From the NCBI GenBank assembly GCA_963805945.1, contig CAWDVP010000005.1:19012-83011 (forward strand): a stretch of 64,000 bases of DNA, read 5' to 3'. The stretch's first letter is position 1, and each line of letters starts with the position of its first letter. This DNA is from Vulcanimicrobiota bacterium (lineage in GTDB: Bacteria; Vulcanimicrobiota; Vulcanimicrobiia; Eremiobacterales; Eremiobacteraceae). Of this stretch, positions 43,160 to 52,538 are shown in pieces. The notes beneath the pieces were generated by a model. That model saw only the letters and a list, made by a program, of their open reading frames with translations. It was not told where the DNA came from and did no database searches. Position numbers and translations under genes: made by a program.

Positions 43160-44543
43160 GGGGATGCCATTCGTGCTCGAGCCGCTCGCTCAGCTCCTCG
43201 GCCGGATACGTCATGATCTCGGCAAGCGTCGGATGGAGATGCGGCATCGCCAAGACGTCGCAGACGTTGGCCTTGAAATACAGCAGCACGATCGCCTCGT
43301 GGATGAGGTCCGACGCCTCGGCGCCGACGATGCCCACGCCGAGGATCGTGCCATCGGGCGACGCGATCATCTTGACGTGGCCGGCCGTGAGGTCGGCCGC
43401 GATCGCCTTGCCGTGGTCGTCGAACGGATAGCGCGCCACGGCGTGCTCGATCCCGCGCTCGACGCACTCGCGCTCGCTCAGCCCCGCGATCGCGACCTGC
43501 GGGTCGGTGAACACCGCCCGTGCGCCTTGCAGCTCGTAGTGCGCCGCTTCCATGGTCTTGGCGAATGCGTTGCGCGCCGCGAGCTGGCCCTCGTACACCG
43601 CCACGTGGACGAGCTCTTCTTTTCCGGTGACGTCGCCCGCGGCGAAGATGGCCTGGTTCGCGGTCTGCAAGTATGCGTCGACCTGCACGCCCTGCGGGCT
43701 GAACTCTATCCCCGCGGCCTCGAACCCGAAGCCGTCCACATTCGGGCGCCGGCCCAGCGCCAGGAATATCTCGTCGGCCTCCCATTCCACCGTCGCGCCG
43801 CCGCGCCGCGCGATGACCCGCTTCTTCGTACCCTTGCGGGCGACGCTTGTGACCACCGCGCCGGTCATCACCTCGATGCCGTCCGCGACAAGCGCTTTGC
43901 CGAGGGCTTCGCCGAGATCGGCGTCCTCGTGCGACAGCAGCGTGTTGCTGCGCTGCACGATCGTGACGCGGCTGCCCATGCGGTACAGATACTGCGCCAG
44001 TTCGCAGGCGACCGGCCCGCCGCCCAGGGTGATGATCTCGGCGGGCAGGCGCTCCATCTCCAACACGTCGTCGCTGGTGATGAAGCCGGTCTCGCGCAGC
44101 CCGGGGATCTCCGGCACGTTGATGATGGAGCCGGTGGAGATGAGGAACTTCTCGGCATTGATGACGTCATCCCCGACCGCGATCGCGCGCGGCCCGACGA
44201 AGCGCGGCGCGCCGCGGAAGACGGGGAACGTGTCGATGCCCTGCACGCGGAAGTCCGCGAAATCCTTGATGATGCGCCGCTTGCGCTCGATCACCGCCTT
44301 GACGTCCGGCCGCACGCCGGCGACCATGACGCCGACGTTGGGGCCGCGCTGCGCGAGGTGCGCGATCTCGGCGGAACGCAGCACCGTCTTGGACGGCATG
44401 CAGCCGCGCAGGATGCACAGCCCGCCGAGCGGCTCGGTCCCGTCGACGAACGCGACGCTCTTGCCCAGGCCGCGCGCCGTCGTCGCCGCGGCGAAGCCCG
44501 CACTGCCGGCGCCGAACACGCAGAACTCGAAGGTGTGCTCCAT
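43146..44543 (-). CDS. Pyridine nucleotide-disulfide oxidoreductase (lipoamide dehydrogenase/MerA-like class I)
   Basis: GAGSAG, GGLCILRGCMPSK, GGGPVACE, GRRPN, AAGDVTG and HPTLAE. Confidence 0.88.
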   Translation of the reverse strand: MEHTFEFCVFGAGSAGFAAATTARGLGKSVAFVDGTEPLGGLCILRGCMPSKTVLRSAEIAHLAQRGPNVGVMVAGVRPDVKAVIERKRRIIKDFADFRVQGIDTFPVFRGAPRFVGPRAIAVGDDVINAEKFLISTGSIINVPEIPGLRETGFITSDDVLEMERLPAEIITLGGGPVACELAQYLYRMGSRVTIVQRSNTLLSHEDADLGEALGKALVADGIEVMTGAVVTSVARKGTKKRVIARRGGATVEWEADEIFLALGRRPNVDGFGFEAAGIEFSPQGVQVDAYLQTANQAIFAAGDVTGKEELVHVAVYEGQLAARNAFAKTMEAAHYELQGARAVFTDPQVAIAGLSERECVERGIEHAVARYPFDDHGKAIAADLTAGHVKMIASPDGTILGVGIVGAEASDLIHEAIVLLYFKANVCDVLAMPHLHPTLAEIMTYPAEELSERLEHEWHPLVRP

Positions 44544-44619
44544 GAGCGCCTCTTACTCGGCGCCCGCGCCCGCGCCTCTCGGACAGGCATAGCAGCGGTT
44601 CCCGGGCAACGAGACGCGC

Positions 44620-45339
44620 ATGAAGCTCATACGTTTCGCAGTCGACGGACGCGAATTCTCAGGCGCGCTTGAAGGCGATATGGCGACGGCGGACGGCATT
44701 TCGCGCCCGCTCGCTTCGGTCACGCTGCTCGCCCCCTGCACGCCGTCGAAGATCATCGGCGTCGGCCGCAATTACGCGGACCACGCGGCCGAACTCGGTA
44801 ACGAGCTGCCCAAGGAGCCATTGCTGTTCTTGAAGGCGCCGTCGTCGCTGAACTCGCAGCACGGGGATATCAAGTATCCGATCCAGAGCAAGCGCGTGGA
44901 TTACGAGGGCGAACTGGCGGTGGTGATCGGAAAGCGCTGCCGCGACGTCCTGAAAGCCCGCGCGGCGGACGTGATCCTCGGCTACACCATCTGCAACGAC
45001 GTGACCGCGCGCGATCTGCAGAACTCAGATGGCCAGTGGGCGCGCGCCAAGGGCTTCGACACGTTCGCGCCGCTCGGACCGTGCATCGTGCCGGGGCTCG
45101 ATCCTGCGTCGCTGCGCGTGCGCACGACGCTCAACGGCGAGCTGAAGCAAGATTGTCCGGTGAGCAAACTGATCTTCGACGTGCCCACGCTCATCGAGTA
45201 CATCTCGGCGGCTTTCACACTGGAGCCCGGAGACGTCATCGCGACGGGGACCCCGAGCGGCATCGGACCGATGCGCCCCGGCGACACGGTGACGGTGGAG
45301 ATTGAAGGGATCGGTGCGCTGACGAACCGAGTCGTCTAG
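44620..45339 (+). CDS. Fumarylacetoacetate hydrolase family protein
   Basis: VGRNYADH, FLK, DYEGEL, NDVTARD, KGFDTF and GDVIATGTP.G. Confidence 0.93.
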   Translation: MKLIRFAVDGREFSGALEGDMATADGISRPLASVTLLAPCTPSKIIGVGRNYADHAAELGNELPKEPLLFLKAPSSLNSQHGDIKYPIQSKRVDYEGELAVVIGKRCRDVLKARAADVILGYTICNDVTARDLQNSDGQWARAKGFDTFAPLGPCIVPGLDPASLRVRTTLNGELKQDCPVSKLIFDVPTLIEYISAAFTLEPGDVIATGTPSGIGPMRPGDTVTVEIEGIGALTNRVV

Positions 45340-46040
45340 GGCGTCGGGCTCGGCGAGGCCGCTGGGATCGCCGTCGGCACGGGAATCGGCGCGGCGATCG
45401 GCGTGGCCGGCGCGTTTCTCCCCGCCCCGGGTGCGATCGTCGCCACCGGGCTCGGCACTGGCGTCGCTGAGAGCGCGACCGCGGTCGAAGTCACGAAGAC
45501 GTCCTCGAGCACTCCGACGTGGAACACTGCGTTCTGATGGATCGTCATATCCTGGCCCTTGCGCACGACCTCCACCAAGAAGAAATATGGGATGGCGATG
45601 TTGGCGGCTTCGTCCGCCGCCGGGCCGTAGCCGTTCTTCTCGTTCTCGTCGGCGATGACGCTCGCTTTGGTGACCGCGATATCGACTCGCGTGCCGTCAG
45701 TCAACTGGATCGGGTCGAAGGCGATCCGCAAGAACCCCGGCGTGTTGCCGCCATGCGCCGGACTCACCGTGGAGAGATGGCCGGTGCCCAGCGTGCCCGC
45801 TGGTATCACGACGCGTTTGCCCACGAGGAGGTCGTCCGACACGACCCAAGAGACCGGGTCGCCGCGCTTGCTGTATTGCGAAGAGACTTCTTTGAGGACC
45901 CGGATGCGGATAAGCGTCCCTTGCGGGATGAGGGAATCGCGCGTGTCCGGATTGATGGGCGTCTCGGCGTGCTGTATGGCCATCGACGCCGCAGGAACGA
46001 GCGTGACGAGCGCTGCGAGGAACGTGACGATGATCTTCAT
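45336..46040 (-). CDS. Secreted hypothetical protein with Pro-rich tail
   Basis: Signal peptide; IPQGT.I.I.....VSS...GD.V and VVIPAGT...G beta-barrel-type pattern. Confidence 0.65.
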   Translation of the reverse strand: MKIIVTFLAALVTLVPAASMAIQHAETPINPDTRDSLIPQGTLIRIRVLKEVSSQYSKRGDPVSWVVSDDLLVGKRVVIPAGTLGTGHLSTVSPAHGGNTPGFLRIAFDPIQLTDGTRVDIAVTKASVIADENEKNGYGPAADEAANIAIPYFFLVEVVRKGQDMTIHQNAVFHVGVLEDVFVTSTAVALSATPVPSPVATIAPGAGRNAPATPIAAPIPVPTAIPAASPSPTP

Positions 46041-46159
46041 GGCTGCCTTCTTGCGTGGGCCTGGCCCCGTTTCGCATACGTACGACGGAGCGTCCCGATG
46101 CGCCTACCGCCGTGAGCCCGGTCATTGCCGCGCCGCTTGGTTGGAGGGAAGATAAGAAG

Positions 46160-46300
46160 GTGAGCGCCCCTGCTTCAGCCCGCCATATCGAACGCCGCCA
46201 CGAGCCCAGTCACGGTGCTACCCTCGTGTTCTCTGTGCTGGTAGGCGGGGTCATCGGCTTGTTCGCTTCCATTCTCTGGTATTTTCCCAGACATCTCTAA
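46160..46300 (+). CDS. Possible small single-TM membrane protein (46 aa)
   Basis: Purine-rich leader, GTG start, and hydrophobic LVFSVLVGGVIGLFASILWYF. Confidence 0.4.
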   Translation: MSAPASARHIERRHEPSHGATLVFSVLVGGVIGLFASILWYFPRHL

Positions 46301-47995
46301 GGGCTCGCCGTCGAGGATCGCGGCCGACCAGCGCGCTGCCTCTTCCGGCGTTGGATCGACCGGCGGCAGCTCCACATACGCCAAGCCATCACGACGCTCC
46401 CGATACCAGGCCGCGACGATCGCCACCTGATCGATTTCCTCTTGCCGCGTGAACGAGCGCGACGCCTGCGAAGGCCGGTAGCTCTCGCTGAGCATCTGCG
46501 CCAGCGCCGCCCGCGCTTCGTTGCGCTGCGGCAGGCGCCGCGGCAGCGCGCGCTGGCCGACCAGCCGGCCGCCGCAGAACAAGAAACATTCCTCCATGCC
46601 GGGCTCGGCCGCCGGCGCGAGCACCACGAGGTTCAGACCCGCGGCGAATTCCAAGTTAGCGTGACTGGCCCGCAGCCGCCGCAGCCGCTCCAGCCTCTGC
46701 TCTTCGCGCCGCGCCACGTCATCGCGACCGCGCGCGGTGGCCTCGTCGCGCCGCTGCGCCGTCACGAGCAGCACTTCGTCGGCGGCGCCCTCGAGAAACG
46801 CGATGGCTTCTTCTACTAGCGCCTCCACCCGGCCGGGCGGCAACGCCGGCTCGTCGAGCGAGGGCGCGTCGGCGCCGCGCAGGCCGAGCGCGTCCTGCAG
46901 TGCCGCCACTGCAGCGCGCGCCGCCGGCATGCTACGGTACGGCCCGTAGTAGCGGGCGCCATCGGCGGCCAAGCGCGTGGTGGTGACCACCCGCCCGTGC
47001 TTGCCCGACTCCAGCTTGATGAACGCGAACTCGCGGAAGTTGCGCAAACGGTCGTTGAACGGCGGGTCGTGGCGGCGCACCAGCTCGGCCTCCAGCAGCA
47101 GCGCCTCGAACTCGCAACCGGTGATCAGATAATCGAAGGACGCGACGACGCCGCGCAACGCCCGCAGCTTCGCGCCGCCGGGCACGCCGGCCGTCGCATA
47201 CGCGCGCAGGCGTTGGCGCAGGTTGCGCGATTTGCCCACGTAGACGACGTTATCGCCGGCGTCCTTGAGCAGGTACACGCCGGGCTTGCTCGGCACGCCT
47301 TGCAGTTCGTCGAGCAGGATCGACGTCCACACCGGCAGCTGCGCCGCCGGCACGCGGTTGCGCGACGAGACCCCGCGGCGCTTCGGCAGCGCGCGCGAGC
47401 GCAAGTACTCCTGCAGCGCGCCGTAGGTGAAGACGCCGTGATCTTCGAGCTTGCGGATGCAATGGACGAGCAGTTCTGCGGTCGCGGTCGCGTCCGCCAA
47501 CGCGCGGTGATGCCGCTCGACGTCGATGCCGAGCTCGCGCGTGAGCGTGCCTAAACGGTAGTTCGCCACTTCGGCGATGGTGCGCCGCGCGAGGGTGAGC
47601 GTGTCGACGGTCGGATTGGACAGCGTCGGGTGTCCGTGCGCGCGCAGCTCGTGCTCAATGAAGCCCGCGTCGAAACGGACGTTGTGGCCGACGAGGATGG
47701 CGTCGCCGATGAACTCGACCACGTTGGCGAGCAGTTTGCCGATGGGCGGCGCGCCGGCGACCATCTCGTCGGTGATGCCGGTGAGCGCGACGATGAACGG
47801 CGGTATCGGTTGGCGCGGATTGACGAACGAACGCCAGCGCCGCACGATGCGCCCCCCCATGACTTGGACGAGCGCGATCTCGGTGACCGCATGCTTGCCG
47901 GCCACGCTTCCTGTCGTCTCGAGATCGACGACCGTGAACGGGCACGACCAAAGGTCGCGCTTGTCGAACGGTGCGGCGACCGCGACATCGAGCAT
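46175..47995 (-). CDS. DEDDh (DnaQ-like) exonuclease fused to UvrC-like GIY-YIG nuclease
   Basis: VVDLETTG, GHNVRFD, HRALADA; PGVYL...YVGKSRNLRQR and ALLLEAEL...PPFN. The true stop may be at 46297. Confidence 0.88.
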   Translation of the reverse strand: MLDVAVAAPFDKRDLWSCPFTVVDLETTGSVAGKHAVTEIALVQVMGGRIVRRWRSFVNPRQPIPPFIVALTGITDEMVAGAPPIGKLLANVVEFIGDAILVGHNVRFDAGFIEHELRAHGHPTLSNPTVDTLTLARRTIAEVANYRLGTLTRELGIDVERHHRALADATATAELLVHCIRKLEDHGVFTYGALQEYLRSRALPKRRGVSSRNRVPAAQLPVWTSILLDELQGVPSKPGVYLLKDAGDNVVYVGKSRNLRQRLRAYATAGVPGGAKLRALRGVVASFDYLITGCEFEALLLEAELVRRHDPPFNDRLRNFREFAFIKLESGKHGRVVTTTRLAADGARYYGPYRSMPAARAAVAALQDALGLRGADAPSLDEPALPPGRVEALVEEAIAFLEGAADEVLLVTAQRRDEATARGRDDVARREEQRLERLRRLRASHANLEFAAGLNLVVLAPAAEPGMEECFLFCGGRLVGQRALPRRLPQRNEARAALAQMLSESYRPSQASRSFTRQEEIDQVAIVAAWYRERRDGLAYVELPPVDPTPEEAARWSAAILDGEPLEMSGKIPENGSEQADDPAYQHREHEGSTVTGLVAAFDMAG

Positions 47996-48117
47996 GCGAA
48001 CGAAGGTTCGTCGAACATACGTACGATTCCCTGGCCCAAAATGTAGGGGCCGAGCTTTAGCTTGGCCCTGTATTGCCCGGGGCGGAGCACATCCGAAAGC
48101 GCCAGAAGGCTCTGCTT

Positions 48118-48822
48118 ATGGCTTCACGGCTCTATTACGTCCATGGTTCCGGCTATACGCAGGACAGCTTCCGCGCCCAGGTCGCGGCCTTCCCGGGCTC
48201 GATCGCGCTCTCGTTACCCGGTCACCCGGACGGCGAGCCGCTCGAAAGCGTAGACGCGATGGCGGACTGGCTCGCCGGCATCATCGCGAAGGACGGCGGC
48301 AAAGCCGTGGTCGCCGGCAATTCCCTCGGCGGCGCGATCGCGATGGAATGGGCGTTGCGGCATCCGGAGCAAGCGGCCGGCATCATCCTCATCGGCACGG
48401 GTGCGAAGCTGCGCGTCTCTCAATCCATCTTCGACTTGGTCGACAACGAATGGCCGTCATGCATCGAGACGCTGACGGATTTCGGGCTCTCCGAGAGCGC
48501 CTCTGCACAGCTACGGCACGATATGCTGCAGTGGCACCAGCTGGTGGGCCAGCGGGCGACCCGCATCGACTACGCCGCCTGCCATCCGTTCGACGTCATG
48601 AACCGGCTTGCGGAGATCCGCGTCCCCACGCTCATCATCGTCGGCGGCGAAGACAGGCTGACGCCGCCGAAATACGCGCGGTTCTTGCACGAGCACATCG
48701 CGGGCAGCGAACTGCTCGTGGTGCCGGGAGCTGGCCATCTCGTGATGGCGGAGCGGCCGGACGTCGTCAACCCGGCGATCGCCGCATTGCTTTCCCGCAC
48801 CGCCACAGCGGTCAGAGACTGA
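48118..48822 (+). CDS. Alpha/beta hydrolase
   Basis: HGSG, LPGH, GNSLGG, G.ED.LTP and AGH. Confidence 0.88.
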   Translation: MASRLYYVHGSGYTQDSFRAQVAAFPGSIALSLPGHPDGEPLESVDAMADWLAGIIAKDGGKAVVAGNSLGGAIAMEWALRHPEQAAGIILIGTGAKLRVSQSIFDLVDNEWPSCIETLTDFGLSESASAQLRHDMLQWHQLVGQRATRIDYAACHPFDVMNRLAEIRVPTLIIVGGEDRLTPPKYARFLHEHIAGSELLVVPGAGHLVMAERPDVVNPAIAALLSRTATAVRD

Positions 48823-49975
48823 AGACGTCGTTGCCGAACGCCGCGAGCCCGCTCGCGCCTGAGTATCCCAGGTGCGGCAGCCCGAAGATATCTTCGATCG
48901 TCTTGAGCGTCGAGTAATGATTGTACGGCTCTAGCGACACCGTACCGGGCTTGATGAACGGCGACACGGCGACCGCGCCGATGTGGCCGCCGCCAGGCCC
49001 GATCTGGCCGGCAAGGGCGGTGTTCGGGCCGCTTTGCTCGTTGCAGCACGCGGTCGCGTCGCCGGTCATGACCAGTTTACCGTTGACGAGCTTCCCCTCG
49101 ACCTCGCTCTCGTCGAACAGGATCAACATCAGCCCATCGCGCGTGTAGGCAGGCGACGCCAAGATCATCGGCACCCACAGCGACAGCCACGCATTCGCCG
49201 AGACCAAGCCGCCTGGCTGCTGCGTGACGCACGGTGCGTCGTGCCCATCGTCGCACAGGTTCGGCGTGATGAACGTGAGGTTCGCGGTGGTTTCGTAGGC
49301 GGCGAGATCGCGCGGCAGTTCTCGGAAGTTCACGACGTGCGTCGCGCAGTCCGGTGAGTCGATCACCGAATGGAAATACAAGAATGGATCGTGCCGGGTC
49401 GCATATTGATCGCCCTGCGGCGCCGCGGCCGACGGTGCTTGCGCGCGCAACGTCTCGTCCGGAGACCCAAGGGGAGGATGACCACACGTGCCGGGCTCGC
49501 GCGTGGGATCGTTGCCCATGTCTTCGCTGTACGATCGCCACGTCAGCCCTTTGGCGGTGAGTTCGTCGCTGAGATTGTGGACCGACCTCGGATACACGCA
49601 GCCCTGCCCGATGGCTTGTCCGTCTGAGGTCATGCCGCTGCTCACGAACTCCACATATTTCTGACAGTCGAACTGCGTCGCGAGATTCGGCGCCTGCCCG
49701 CTGATGAGCGAGATGTAGTTGTCGAGACTGACGTGTCCGGTGCCGAAATAGTTCTGGAGATATGCGCCTTTCGCGCTGAGCGTCTGCGCGAGATACGGCG
49801 CCGGCGACGACGGGCCGAAGGTGACGTCGTTATCTTTGTTCTCGAGCATGATGATGAAGACGTGATGGATCGGGGGAACGCCGGCCGCATGGGCGACGCT
49901 CGTCGCACCCAGGCTCATGAGAACCGCTGCACACAGCACGGCGCCTCGCTGTCGAACGAACCCGGATATGCGCAT
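48812..49975 (-). CDS. Secreted phosphoesterase (acid phosphatase/PLC-like)
   Basis: HVFIIMLEN, H.SL.NY, YATRHDPF, TPNLCDDGHD, FDE and YNHYSTLKTIEDIFGL. Confidence 0.88.
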   Translation of the reverse strand: MRISGFVRQRGAVLCAAVLMSLGATSVAHAAGVPPIHHVFIIMLENKDNDVTFGPSSPAPYLAQTLSAKGAYLQNYFGTGHVSLDNYISLISGQAPNLATQFDCQKYVEFVSSGMTSDGQAIGQGCVYPRSVHNLSDELTAKGLTWRSYSEDMGNDPTREPGTCGHPPLGSPDETLRAQAPSAAAPQGDQYATRHDPFLYFHSVIDSPDCATHVVNFRELPRDLAAYETTANLTFITPNLCDDGHDAPCVTQQPGGLVSANAWLSLWVPMILASPAYTRDGLMLILFDESEVEGKLVNGKLVMTGDATACCNEQSGPNTALAGQIGPGGGHIGAVAVSPFIKPGTVSLEPYNHYSTLKTIEDIFGLPHLGYSGASGLAAFGNDVFSL

Positions 49976-50105
49976 TTCCCAGCCCTCCTTGCAAGAGGGC
50001 ACAGCTTCAGGCCGCAGCGATGCTTCGCCTGGGAAGGCCCATGGGCACCAGGTGAGCCGCGGCTAGCTCAGCAAGACGCTCCAACTGAAGGATCGGAGAA
50101 ACAGC

Positions 50106-52010
50106 TTGCTCGCATGTCGCACCGGTCTGACTCTCGCCGCTGCCGTCGCGATCGTCTTGTTGTCGGGCTGTTCGCGGCATACAAGCGCGCTCGGCACGAC
50201 CTCGGAGATCGAGGCTTCGGGTTTCCGTACGATCGTCATCGTGCCCGAGCCGACTCCGTCGCCGCGCTCCGCGTGGGAAGCCGTCACTCGAAACATCGGC
50301 GCCGACGGTAGGGTTAGCAAACCGGTGGCCCTTGCCGCGTTTTCACTCGCATTCGGCCCGCTGCCGGGCGTCGCGGCGCCCTCGGGAGTGCGCGTGCCTA
50401 TTCCCTCAGGAACTGCGGCGCTGCGTTGGGTCTGGGGTCATTGGAACGAACTCACGCCGGCACAGCGCACGGTAGTGTTATCGTACGTGCGTCGTCCTCG
50501 CGTGCACGCGATGCGTTTCGCAAGCGCGGCCGCCGGCGACAGGCGCCGAGCTGACGAAGTGCTCGCCGGCCTCACCCAATCGCAATACGAGGCGATGGTG
50601 CATGCGGCGCGCGTGGACATCGCACTCCTGCTCCACCGCGACATCGGCTACGACCCCGCGGTGATCGTCAATTCGGTGCAGGTCTACCCCAGCCAATACG
50701 GTCCGATCAAAGGCGACGCGCTCGCGTATGCGTGGTCGTTCGACGCCTCGGGAAGGCCGATGCAGTGCATCGTGTGGGTCAATCCGACCCTCGGGGCCGC
50801 CGGTTTGCGAAGCGAGCAAGAGACGATCCCGCATGAGGTGTTCCACTGCTTCCAGATGGCGCTTTCCAGTTCGGCGGACTCGTTCGGAACCGAGCCCTCA
50901 TGGATCGTGGAGGGCCAAGCCGAGTGGGTCGGCTGCACCCTTGCCCAGCATTGCGACATCGGACAAGGCTGGTGGGGTCTCTATTTCGCCAGTGCCCGCA
51001 CCCAGCTGTTCGCGCGCAGTTATGACGCGCTTGGCTATTACTCCGAGCTCAACTATGTCGGGATCAGCCCATGGGACCATCTCGACGAAATGTTACGAGC
51101 AAATGGAAATGCGGACGCGTATCAACGCGCGATCACCGGCAATGAGAACGCCTTTGAAGACGCCTGGGCCACGAGTTACGGCCGGTCCAAGTACCGCGAT
51201 CCCTCTTTGAATGCGCGAGTCTGGGATACCAACGGGCCGGGCATCACCGCCGCCATGCCTCACCCGCAAGTCTTTGCGCTGACCAACGGCAGCAGCCTTT
51301 CGACGGGGCAGATCGCACCGTATGCGAACCTGTTCCTGACTCCGGATTTCGAAGCTGACATCATCGAGGTGGACACCAACTCCGCACATGCGCGGATCCA
51401 TTTCTCGGATGGATCCGAGCTCGCGGGGACCGCCTTGGAGGGCGTCGCGTTTTGCACGCGGGCCGGTGGTTGCACCACCCCCAAGTGCCCCGCGAAGCAG
51501 TTCCAAAAGGCGGTGAAAGGCAGGGGCTACTTCGCCCTTTCAGGCGCAGATACGGGCGCATCGGTCAGCATGCGCGGCGTTGCGGTGGAGGAGCAGTGCA
51601 ACTCGTCTCCGCAAGCGCCGAAGCCGGGCCCGAGCAGCCAAACCCTCGGCGCGCTACCCGATGCGTGCTCGCTCCTGACGCATGCCGAAGCGAACGCGAT
51701 CCTGCAGCGGCCTAACTCGAGAGACTCCGTACGTCAAAATCCGACCTTTTCATCGGAGTGCAACTACAGCACCGCGCGGGTCGATCCCACCTACGCCGAG
51801 ATAGACGTCGGGGTCTGGAACCATATGCCCGCTCGTTACGGGCCTGGCGGTACGCCATGTGGCCACAACGCCACCTGCTCTCCAGTGCATCCCACGACCG
51901 CGTATATCCAAGCGCGCGGCGGCATGATCATCATCGTCGTCGGAAGCGAGGTGGGCAACACGCAGGCCATGGTCCAGCAAGTCCAGAGGTACATCTTGCA
52001 AAAGATCTAG
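50106..52010 (+). CDS. Lipoprotein zinc metallopeptidase (gluzincin-type) with Cys-rich C-terminal domain
   Basis: Lipobox LLSG-C; HEVFHCFQ plus downstream WIVEGQAEW; C-terminal PDACSLLT..EA..IL...ECNY. Confidence 0.72.
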   Translation: MLACRTGLTLAAAVAIVLLSGCSRHTSALGTTSEIEASGFRTIVIVPEPTPSPRSAWEAVTRNIGADGRVSKPVALAAFSLAFGPLPGVAAPSGVRVPIPSGTAALRWVWGHWNELTPAQRTVVLSYVRRPRVHAMRFASAAAGDRRRADEVLAGLTQSQYEAMVHAARVDIALLLHRDIGYDPAVIVNSVQVYPSQYGPIKGDALAYAWSFDASGRPMQCIVWVNPTLGAAGLRSEQETIPHEVFHCFQMALSSSADSFGTEPSWIVEGQAEWVGCTLAQHCDIGQGWWGLYFASARTQLFARSYDALGYYSELNYVGISPWDHLDEMLRANGNADAYQRAITGNENAFEDAWATSYGRSKYRDPSLNARVWDTNGPGITAAMPHPQVFALTNGSSLSTGQIAPYANLFLTPDFEADIIEVDTNSAHARIHFSDGSELAGTALEGVAFCTRAGGCTTPKCPAKQFQKAVKGRGYFALSGADTGASVSMRGVAVEEQCNSSPQAPKPGPSSQTLGALPDACSLLTHAEANAILQRPNSRDSVRQNPTFSSECNYSTARVDPTYAEIDVGVWNHMPARYGPGGTPCGHNATCSPVHPTTAYIQARGGMIIIVVGSEVGNTQAMVQQVQRYILQKI

Positions 52011-52112
52011 CTATGCGAGGGGTCGATATGAAGCGATCGCTTTCGGCCAGGTGCGATTGTGCACATGGAGGAAGAACGCGGTGTTGGCGCTTGGCGCCTG
52101 AGGAGGTCTCTC

Positions 52113-52502
52113 ATGAAGCGCTCTAATGCGTTGCAATCGCTTGCGATCTTCGCCGTGCTGACGGCAGTGTTCGCTCTAGGCCCGATCATCGCAGACCAGA
52201 GCGCGGTGCGCGCTGACCTGCCAGGCGGAAACAACATCCACCAAGTATATACGCCACCGCCGGCTCCGTCAACAGCGCAGCTGCAGACCGAGATCGATAA
52301 CCTGACGAAGACCGTCAAAGATCTGCAGACCGCGTATAACTCGCATTGCCACAAGATGTCCGGCATCACCTATGTCAGCAACACGATACCGCCCGACATA
52401 GCGCCCGGTTCCCGTACGGGCCAATACTACTTCGTGGTCACGCCGCAAAGCGGCGCGGGTTCCTTCGGCTGGCAGAAGACGGCCGGTCCGAGCTCCTGCT
52501 GA
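52113..52502 (+). CDS. Small secreted coiled-coil protein with HxH motif
   Basis: GAGGAGG RBS, signal peptide, heptads LQTEIDNLTKTVKDLQTAY, NSHCH, and terminal TAGPSSC. Confidence 0.65.
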   Translation: MKRSNALQSLAIFAVLTAVFALGPIIADQSAVRADLPGGNNIHQVYTPPPAPSTAQLQTEIDNLTKTVKDLQTAYNSHCHKMSGITYVSNTIPPDIAPGSRTGQYYFVVTPQSGAGSFGWQKTAGPSSC

Positions 52503-52538
52503 GACAGGCCGCTGCGCCGGCCGTGCGCGGCCGGCGGA

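Noticed and set aside
43146..44543. Mercuric reductase merA
   Set aside because: No C-terminal Cys-Cys pair, no N-terminal HMA domain and no mer genes nearby; it has the HPTxxE motif of generic disulfide reductases.
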